Below are positions 57,375 to 64,000 of a stretch of 64,000 nucleotides of DNA, piece by piece. The notes under the pieces were generated by a model. The model saw nothing but the letters and a program-made list of their open reading frames with translations. It ran no database searches and had not been told where the DNA came from. A program made the translations under genes and the position numbers. The DNA comes from an uncultured Chloroflexia bacterium (GTDB lineage: Bacteria; Chloroflexota; Limnocylindria; Limnocylindrales; CSP1-4). Numbering within the stretch: position 1 is the first letter of the stretch; every line of letters starts with the position of its first letter. The stretch is taken from assembly GCA_963748625.1 (NCBI GenBank), contig CAVVJT010000004.1, positions 480,001 through 544,000 of the forward strand. The letters are read 5' to 3'.

Positions 57375-58243
57375 GCGCGCAGCACCGGGCGCGTCAGGCA
57401 GGTGACCCCGCCCGAACCGTTCTCGCCCACCTCGCGCAGCGGGATCGCGTGGACCTCAACTCCCGCCGCCTCCATGCCCCGCCGTGTCGCGGGGTTGCCC
57501 TCGGCGACGATGACGACGCCGGGCCGGACCGCGAGGACGTTGCAGCCAAGCGTGGGGTACTCCTCCTCGGGGACATCCACGAGGCGCAAGCCGAGGTCGG
57601 TGACGAGCTCGAACAGCCCCGCAGGCAGCAGCGGGCGGAACACGACGGCCACGTCGTCCGCAACCGGCGAGATCACCGAGAGCAGGTGCACCAGCTCCGC
57701 AGGGCCCTTCCAGTACGGGACATCGAAGATGCGGGCGTCGCCGCCGGCGATCCGGGCCAGCTGCCGGGCACCGTCGTCGTTGGTGCGCAGTGTCCGCCCG
57801 ATGCACAGCAAGTCCGGGCGCAGCCAGAACGTGTCGCCACCCTCGACCGTGCCGCGGCCTTCGATCCGGCCCAGCGTCGGGATGCCGTGCGCCTGGGTCC
57901 ATGCCTCCAGCACGTCGGGCTCCCCGCGGCGGTTCGGCTTGCCGGGCGCGAGGGGGATGGCGCCGCCGTCCGCGATCACCATCGGGTCGAAGACGTAGAC
58001 GAGGTCCGGATCGGCCGTCTCCGCGTCCAGGACGTGGACCGTCGTGCCCAGCCGCTCCAGCGTCTCCACGAGGCCCGCATGCTCGCGGCGGGCACCCTCG
58101 AGGTCCACTGGCCGCAGGAAGCCCACCTCCGGGCGCTCGAAGGCGGCCCCGAACGCCGGACCGGGCGCCTTGACGAGGACCTCGCGCAGCGGGGCCGTCA
58201 TGGACTGGGCGCCCCAGGCGCGGGTGCTCGTCGTCTCGGTCAT
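57371..58243 (-). CDS. Amidinotransferase/dimethylarginine dimethylaminohydrolase family protein
   Basis: YVFDP, RRGE, VEGGD, RTN, HL, GGVTCLTRP. Confidence 0.9.
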   Translation of the reverse strand: MTETTSTRAWGAQSMTAPLREVLVKAPGPAFGAAFERPEVGFLRPVDLEGARREHAGLVETLERLGTTVHVLDAETADPDLVYVFDPMVIADGGAIPLAPGKPNRRGEPDVLEAWTQAHGIPTLGRIEGRGTVEGGDTFWLRPDLLCIGRTLRTNDDGARQLARIAGGDARIFDVPYWKGPAELVHLLSVISPVADDVAVVFRPLLPAGLFELVTDLGLRLVDVPEEEYPTLGCNVLAVRPGVVIVAEGNPATRRGMEAAGVEVHAIPLREVGENGSGGVTCLTRPVLRA

Positions 58244-58330
58244 GGCGCGAGGATACGGCGCCGGTCGACAGATCGCCGGGCATGGCGCACGATCTGGGGC
58301 AGCCCGCCCCGCTCCGCAGGAGGCCCCGTG

Positions 58331-59569
58331 ATGCCCCGACCCTCCATCACCACGCAGCCGTCACCGCGCAGGCTCGCCGGCCTCGTGACCGCGGCGATCA
58401 TGCTGGCCGGACTCCTGCCCGCCACCGCGTCGGCCGCGATCGCCCCCATGCCCATCACGGATGGCTCGACCGCCGCCGCGCCCACGAACATGACGGTGAT
58501 CCTGTCCAAGGTCACCGACGCGAACTCACCGGTCCTCGCGATCGGCGCCGGCGACGGGTCAGGCCGCCTGTTCATCGTGGAAAAGGGTGGTCGGATCCGC
58601 ATCCACAAGAACGGCAACCTCCTGGCCACGCCGTTCCTGGACATCTCGGGCTCCGTGTCGCGGGGCGGCGAGCAGGGCCTGCTCGGCCTCGCCTTCCACC
58701 CTTCCTTCGCCACCAACCGCAAGTTCTACGTGAACTTCACGAACGCCGGCGGCGATACCGTGATCCGCGAGTACAAGGCCTCGTCCAGCAACCCTGACCG
58801 CGTCGCGTCCGGCTCCGGGCGCACCATCCTCAAGATCGATCAGCCGTACGCGAACCACAACGGCGGCATGCTCGCCTTCGGGCGCGACGGCTACCTCTAC
58901 ATCGGCACGGGCGACGGCGGCAGTGCGGGTGACCCGGGCAACCGGGCCCAGAACGTGAAGCGCCTGCTGGGCAAGATGCTCCGGATCGACGTCAACGGCA
59001 CCACTGCCACCAAGGCCTACCGGATCCCCCGCTCGAACCCGTACGTGGGCCGGACCGGCCGCGACGAGATCTGGCAGCGGGGGCTGCGCAACCCGTGGCG
59101 GTTCTCATTCGACCGGGCGAACGGCAACCTGTGGATCGGCGACGTCGGCCAGGGCACCTGGGAGGAGGTGGACCGCGCGGTCCGCACCTCGAGCGGCCCG
59201 GGCAAGGGCGTGAACTGGGGCTGGCGCGTCATGGAGGGCCGTCACTGCTACAACCCGTCGAGTGGGTGCACCACCAGCGGCAAGAAGAAGCCGCTCACGG
59301 AGTACAAGCACGCGAGCGGGCGGTGCTCCATCAGCGGCGGCTATGTCTACCGCGGGTCTGCGATCCCCGCACTCCGCGGCTACTACCTCTACGCCGACTA
59401 CTGCACGGGCGAGGTGTGGGCGGTGGCCTCCGGGGCATCGGCGCCGGCCGCCGGCATCCGTCTCCTCGACACGGAGCACATGATCAGCGGCTTCGGGCAG
59501 GACGACAGAGGCGAGCTCTACGTGTGCGACATCTCCAGCGGCGCCGTCTACAAGGTCGTGGCGCGGTAG
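58331..59569 (+). CDS. Secreted PQQ-dependent glucose/sorbosone dehydrogenase family protein
   Basis: GEQGLLGLAFHP, NHNGG, GDGG, GLRNPWRFSFD. Confidence 0.92.
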   Translation: MPRPSITTQPSPRRLAGLVTAAIMLAGLLPATASAAIAPMPITDGSTAAAPTNMTVILSKVTDANSPVLAIGAGDGSGRLFIVEKGGRIRIHKNGNLLATPFLDISGSVSRGGEQGLLGLAFHPSFATNRKFYVNFTNAGGDTVIREYKASSSNPDRVASGSGRTILKIDQPYANHNGGMLAFGRDGYLYIGTGDGGSAGDPGNRAQNVKRLLGKMLRIDVNGTTATKAYRIPRSNPYVGRTGRDEIWQRGLRNPWRFSFDRANGNLWIGDVGQGTWEEVDRAVRTSSGPGKGVNWGWRVMEGRHCYNPSSGCTTSGKKKPLTEYKHASGRCSISGGYVYRGSAIPALRGYYLYADYCTGEVWAVASGASAPAAGIRLLDTEHMISGFGQDDRGELYVCDISSGAVYKVVAR

Positions 59570-59573
59570 AGCG

Positions 59574-60833
59574 TCAGCGGGCGGCGATCGCCCCAAGCTC
59601 GGCGAGGAGGCGGTCCACCTCGTCGTCCGTGTTGTAGTGGGTCAGGCCGATCCGTAGCACGCCCTCAGGCTCCAGGCCCAGGGACTCGGTCACGCCCTTC
59701 GCGTAGAAGTTGCCGGCCCAGGTGGCGATCCCCCGCCGGCCGAGCTCCGCCGACACGTCGCCCGCGGTGTGGCCGGCGATCGTGACCGCTGCCGTCGGCG
59801 TGCGCTCGTCCATGCGCGCCCGGTCGGTGATGCCCCAGACGCGCCCACCCGGGATCGCCTCGAGGCCGTCCAGCAGCCGCGCGAGCAGCGGCATCTCGTA
59901 CGCGCGGATCGCGGCCATGCCCGCGTGCATGGCGAGGCGGCGTCCTTCCATGCCCGGGAAGCCAGCGGCGTGGTCGGCGCCGTAGGTCCGGCCCACCTCG
60001 GCGATGTACTCCACAGCCGCGAGCGCGCCCGCCCAACTCTCGAAGTTGCCGGTGCCGGTCTCGTAGCGATCGTCGGCCACGCGCAGCTTGTACGTGGGCA
60101 GCGCGTCGAGCGCATCCCGGCGCCCGTAGAGCACGCCCACGTGCGGCCCGAAGAACTTGTAGGCCGAACAGGCGAGGAAGTCGGTCTCCACGGCCTGGAC
60201 GTCGATCGGCAGGTGCGGCGCGGCGTGGACCGCGTCCACGTAGGTCATCGCACCGGCCTCGTGGGCGCGCCGGACCAGCTCGGCCACCGGGTTGATGGTG
60301 CCGACGGCGTTCGATGCCCAGCCGAAGGCGACGAGCTTCGGGCGCTCGTGGAGGATGCGGTCGAAGCCCTCGATGTCCAGCGTGACATCGTCCGGACGGA
60401 TGCCCACCGTGTGGACGGTGACGCCCCGGTCTGCGGCGGCGCTGCGCCACGGGCCGACGTTCGCCTCGTGGTCGAGCGACGTCACCACCACGCTGTCGCC
60501 GGGCTCCAGTGAGGCCATGACCGATCGTGCGAAGTGCATCGTGAGCGACGTCATGTTCGCGCCGAACTTGATCTCAGCCGGATCCGCGGCATTGAGGAAG
60601 TCGGCGAGGCCGGCGTGTGCTTCCTCGACGACGGCGTCGCTCCGCTGTGAGGTGAGGAAGTCGCCGCCGTGGTTGGCGTTCGACGTCCGGTAGTAGGCGC
60701 TGATCGCCTCGACGACGGTATCGGTCACCTGGGTGCCGCCGGGGCCGTCGAACAGGGCCACGGGCCGTCCGTCCTGCTCGATGGCGAGACCGGGGAAGCG
60801 GGTGCGGAGCGCCGCGACATCAAGCTGGGGCAT
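59574..60833 (-). CDS. Cysteine desulfurase-like class V aminotransferase
   Basis: FDGPGGTQV, LDHEANVGPW, ASNAVGT, DAVH, CSAYKFFGPHVG, ETGT. Confidence 0.92.
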   Translation of the reverse strand: MPQLDVAALRTRFPGLAIEQDGRPVALFDGPGGTQVTDTVVEAISAYYRTSNANHGGDFLTSQRSDAVVEEAHAGLADFLNAADPAEIKFGANMTSLTMHFARSVMASLEPGDSVVVTSLDHEANVGPWRSAAADRGVTVHTVGIRPDDVTLDIEGFDRILHERPKLVAFGWASNAVGTINPVAELVRRAHEAGAMTYVDAVHAAPHLPIDVQAVETDFLACSAYKFFGPHVGVLYGRRDALDALPTYKLRVADDRYETGTGNFESWAGALAAVEYIAEVGRTYGADHAAGFPGMEGRRLAMHAGMAAIRAYEMPLLARLLDGLEAIPGGRVWGITDRARMDERTPTAAVTIAGHTAGDVSAELGRRGIATWAGNFYAKGVTESLGLEPEGVLRIGLTHYNTDDEVDRLLAELGAIAAR

Positions 60834-61042
60834 GGGATCCTCGTGCTGGCTTCGCGACCGATGCTAGCGCGGCCCGGGTGACGACGGAGACCCGGCCGAC
60901 ACGACCACTCCGTTGTCGTGACGGGCGCCATCGGTCGGGCCCGGGCGGCCGACATGCAGACGCCCCGATGGCGGGACGACCATCGGGGCGCGACTGCGGA
61001 ATGCGGAGGCGGTGCCGGGCAACGAGGCGCCCGAGCGCGGGA

Positions 61043-61615
61043 TCAGGCGGATGCGGCCACGGCGCCGGACTCGGCGGCCACGGCGACAGCCTCCTCGACG
61101 GCGATGTCGAGCTCAAGCTTGATCTCCTTGCCGACGAGCCACCCGCCGGACTCGAGAGCGACGTTCCACGTCAGCCCGAAGTCCTCGCGGTTGATCTTCG
61201 CCTCAGCGTGGAGGCCCACCCGGCGGTTGCCGCTCATGCCGGTGTAGACGCCCAGGACCTCAGCGTCGAAGGTGACCGGGCGGGTGGTGCCGCGGATGGT
61301 GAGGTCGCCGGTGACCTTGTAGTCGCTGCCACCCTTCGGCTCGACGCGCGTGGAGACGAAGGTCGCGGTCGGGAAGCTGTCGACGTCGAAGAAGTCGGCC
61401 GAGCGCAGGTGCCCGTCGCGCTGCTCCACGCCGGTGTTGAGCGATGCGATGTCGATCGTGAAGGTGCCCTTGGCGGTTGTCGGATCCTGCGGGTCAGCCT
61501 CGATGGAGCCGTCGACCGAGGCGAACTTGCCGCGGACGTTGGTGACCATCATGTGCTTGGCGGAGAAGAGGACGTCGGTGTGGGTGGGGTCGATTGTCCA
61601 GGTGCTCGTGGCCAT
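61043..61615 (-). CDS. YceI family protein
   Basis: WTIDPTH..HMMVTNVRGKF, RDGHLRSADFFD, GDLTIRG, INREDFGLTWN. Confidence 0.95.
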   Translation of the reverse strand: MATSTWTIDPTHTDVLFSAKHMMVTNVRGKFASVDGSIEADPQDPTTAKGTFTIDIASLNTGVEQRDGHLRSADFFDVDSFPTATFVSTRVEPKGGSDYKVTGDLTIRGTTRPVTFDAEVLGVYTGMSGNRRVGLHAEAKINREDFGLTWNVALESGGWLVGKEIKLELDIAVEEAVAVAAESGAVAASA

Positions 61616-61672
61616 GGTGCGTGTGGTTCCTCCGGTGCCGCCGGCCGGGTTCACCGGGGCGGCGTGGCGATG

Positions 61673-61719
61673 TAGTTGCTGGCGCAACTATATGGGGTGA
61701 GTAGTTGCGTTGTCAACAA
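61673..61719. promoter_or_regulatory. Two MarR-type operator palindromes
   Basis: TAGTTG-N6-CAACTA (61673-61690) and TAGTTG-N6-CAACAA (61702-61719) between divergent yceI and marR. Confidence 0.75.
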
Positions 61720-61746
61720 CACTCCGGATCGGGTACGATGCCCGGC

Positions 61747-62310
61747 ATGACGACCGTGCATGCTGCCGGCCCTGCGCCCCTGACCGCGAATGACCCGCGC
61801 CTGCCCACCTGGCGGGACTTCCTTCACGCCCATGCCCGGCTGCTGCGCCGCATGGACGAGGAGCTGCAGGCCAACCACGGCCTCTCCATGGCTGAGTACG
61901 ACGCCCTGCTGCAGCTGGCCAACGCGCCCGGCAGGCGCCTCCGGATGTCGGCGCTGGCCGATCGTGTGCTGCTGTCGCGCTCGGGGATCACCCGCCTCGT
62001 GGACCGCCTGGTCGCGTCGGGGATGGTCGAACGGACCACCTGCAGCACCGATGCCCGTGGGGCGGAGGCAGCCCTGACCCCATCCGGCCTGGATCGTCTC
62101 CGGGCCGCGTCGCGAACCCACCTCAACGGTGTCGATACGTGGTTCCTCGGCGTGATCGACGAGGCTGACCGCGTCGCGGTACAACGCGCCCTGGACGCGG
62201 TTCTCGACCACCTCGACGACCATGGAGCTCCGACGGTCGGCGCACCGGTCTGCGCGTCCGAGGCCACGCCGGCGGCTGCGACGCTGGTCACGACCCGGGA
62301 TCGCGCCTGA
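61747..62310 (+). CDS. MarR family transcriptional regulator
   Basis: HGLSMAEYDALLQL, LRMSALADRVLLSRSGITRLVDRL, DARG..LT..G. Confidence 0.93.
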   Translation: MTTVHAAGPAPLTANDPRLPTWRDFLHAHARLLRRMDEELQANHGLSMAEYDALLQLANAPGRRLRMSALADRVLLSRSGITRLVDRLVASGMVERTTCSTDARGAEAALTPSGLDRLRAASRTHLNGVDTWFLGVIDEADRVAVQRALDAVLDHLDDHGAPTVGAPVCASEATPAAATLVTTRDRA

Positions 62311-63050
62311 CGGGCGGCAGCGTCGGGCGGGTCCTCGCCGGGACGAGCGGCTTCGCCTATCCAGGATGGGCGCCCCGCTTCTATCCGGCAGGCCTGCGCT
62401 CCCGCGACCTGCTCCCCCACTACGCCGCGCGCCTGCCCGCCTGCGAGCTGAACAACACGTTCTACGCGCGTCCGAAGCCGAGCACGATCGCCGGCTGGAC
62501 GGGCGCGGTTCCCGAGTCCTTCCGGTTCGTGGTCAAGGCGCAGCGGGGAGCGTCGGTGCGGGCGCTGTACGCGGATGCCGCGGAGTCGGTGGGTTGGCTG
62601 ACCGAGCCGCTGCCGGCATTCGGGGAGCGCCTGGGTGCGGTTCTCTTCCGCGTGGGCAATGAGATCCCGCGCGACCAGGGCCGCCTGGACCGCATGCTGG
62701 CCGCGTGGCCGCGATCGATCCCGCTGGTGCTCGAGGCGCAGCATCCGTCCTGGATCCGCGATGAGACGTTCTGGGCGCTCCGGGACGCGGGCGCCATCTG
62801 GTGCACCACCGACCTCGACGACCAGGTCGACGTGCCCGACATCCGCCGGACGGGCCCATTCCTCTACCTGCGCCTACGCCGGTCGGCGTATTCGGACGCA
62901 GAGCTCGACCACTGGGCTCGCAGGCTGGTGCCGTTCCTCGAGGACGCCATGGATGCCTTCGTGCTGTTCCGCCACGATGAGGACGGCACCAGCGCGCTGC
63001 ACGCCGAGGAGTTCGCGGCGCGAGTCGAACGGGTGCGCGCCGGGGGCTGA
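62307..63050 (+). CDS. DUF72 family protein (start codon unclear)
   Basis: In-frame GTSGFAYPGW..FYP..ELNNTFY upstream of the tracked ORF at 62529; YLRLR. Confidence 0.85.
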   Translation: MTGGSVGRVLAGTSGFAYPGWAPRFYPAGLRSRDLLPHYAARLPACELNNTFYARPKPSTIAGWTGAVPESFRFVVKAQRGASVRALYADAAESVGWLTEPLPAFGERLGAVLFRVGNEIPRDQGRLDRMLAAWPRSIPLVLEAQHPSWIRDETFWALRDAGAIWCTTDLDDQVDVPDIRRTGPFLYLRLRRSAYSDAELDHWARRLVPFLEDAMDAFVLFRHDEDGTSALHAEEFAARVERVRAGG

Positions 63051-63097
63051 CCAGGCTCGCGGGGGCTGGTGCAACTCAGGGGTACCCTACCCGCACC

Positions 63098-64000
63098 ATG
63101 TCCCTACGCCACCCCGCCCTCGCGGCCCTGCTCGGAATCATCGTGCTCACCGGCGGCTGCGCGTCGCCCGCCCCGAGCCAGGCGCCCGAACCGGAGGCCT
63201 CCACGTCCACGGTCGTCACACCCCGACCTCCGTCGCCCACGGCTGGCGCGCGGACTCCTGCCCCGGGCGCCCAGCGGCCGGACCTGGCCGCGGCAGCGGC
63301 AGGGATCGAGGAGATCGCCAGCGGCCTTGACCAGCCGCTATGGGTCACCGTCTCGGGCGCCGGTGACGGCCGCCTGTACATCGCCGAGCAGCCCGGCCGC
63401 ATCCGCGTGCTCGAGCCGGGGGGCGGGCTGGCGGCGGAGCCCTTCCTCGACATCACGGACAGGGTCGGGAGCGGTGGCGAGCGAGGCCTGCTCGGGTTTG
63501 CATTCCCACCGGACTTCGGGCCGTCGAACGCCGTCGCCTACGTCCATTACAGCAACCGCGACGGGGACACCACCCTGTCGGCGTTCTCCCTGGACCCGCA
63601 TGCCATCATGCAACTCGACCCGGCAACCGAGAAGGTCCTGCTCACGGTGGAGCAGCCCTACGCCAACCACAACGGCGGCTGGGTGGGCTTCGATGCCGAC
63701 GGCATGCTCCTGCTCGCGTTGGGAGACGGCGGCGCCGGCGGCGATCCCGAGAACCGGGCGTCGAACACGGGCGAGCTGCTGGGCAAGATGCTCCGGCTGG
63801 ACGTCTCGGGCGCGTCGGGTGGCAAGGCGTACTCGATCCCTGCCGACAATCCCTTCGCCGACGGTCAGGGCGGTCGTCCCGAGATCCTGCACCTGGGCCT
63901 GCGCAACCCCTTCCGCGCCTCGGTGGACCCGGTGACCGGCGACCTGTGGATCGGCGACGTCGGCCAGAACGAGTGGGAGGAGGTCGATGTCGCCCCCGCA
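63098..64000 (+). CDS. Lipoprotein PQQ-dependent glucose/sorbosone dehydrogenase family protein, truncated by window edge
   Basis: Absent from the ORF track. MSLRHPALAALLGIIVLTGGC lipobox; GERGLLG, QPYANHNGG, GLRNPFR. Confidence 0.9.
   Translation, partial: MSLRHPALAALLGIIVLTGGCASPAPSQAPEPEASTSTVVTPRPPSPTAGARTPAPGAQRPDLAAAAAGIEEIASGLDQPLWVTVSGAGDGRLYIAEQPGRIRVLEPGGGLAAEPFLDITDRVGSGGERGLLGFAFPPDFGPSNAVAYVHYSNRDGDTTLSAFSLDPHAIMQLDPATEKVLLTVEQPYANHNGGWVGFDADGMLLLALGDGGAGGDPENRASNTGELLGKMLRLDVSGASGGKAYSIPADNPFADGQGGRPEILHLGLRNPFRASVDPVTGDLWIGDVGQNEWEEVDVAPA

Overview
Very GC-rich bacterial chromosomal segment with about 53 real CDS; most long entries in the ORF track are GC-driven shadow ORFs. 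The gene style (Pro/Thr-rich linkers, LCP, class A PBP, a sortase-like PATDT tail, many leaderless promoters) suggests a monoderm Chloroflexota- or Actinomycetota-like organism; this is an inference. Left end: a DUF4011-type SF1 helicase (runs off the window) just downstream of a 616-aa protein ending in a RelE-like motif, a candidate defence pair. Next come three Zn-finger/Pro-rich/TM/ectodomain proteins, one with an HFS autoproteolysis-like motif followed by a papain-like Cys-His-Asp domain, and an NlpC/P60 hydrolase with a structured leader. A low-oxygen module (ywiC-like, ADP-forming acetate-CoA ligase, cupin, NifX-like, nifJ, DHOD-like) carries DosR/OsdR-like boxes. A YbjN-like chaperone sits next to a ClpN-CbxX/EccA-type AAA+ ATPase, near PH-like and double-zinc-ribbon genes. 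Further on: an ABC exporter, tdk, a repeat/DnaA-box/ncRNA-candidate intergenic region, NUDIX, PBP1A, a sulfite-oxidase-like enzyme, DUF3090/SCO1664, FAD oxidase plus FGGY kinase, a TM0106 nuclease-helicase and assorted metabolic genes. A 222-bp structured element occurs twice, 41 kb apart. Several single-base frameshifts suggest residual assembly errors. I saw no rRNA, tRNA, CRISPR array or transposase. All family calls come from motif recognition by eye, not database searches.
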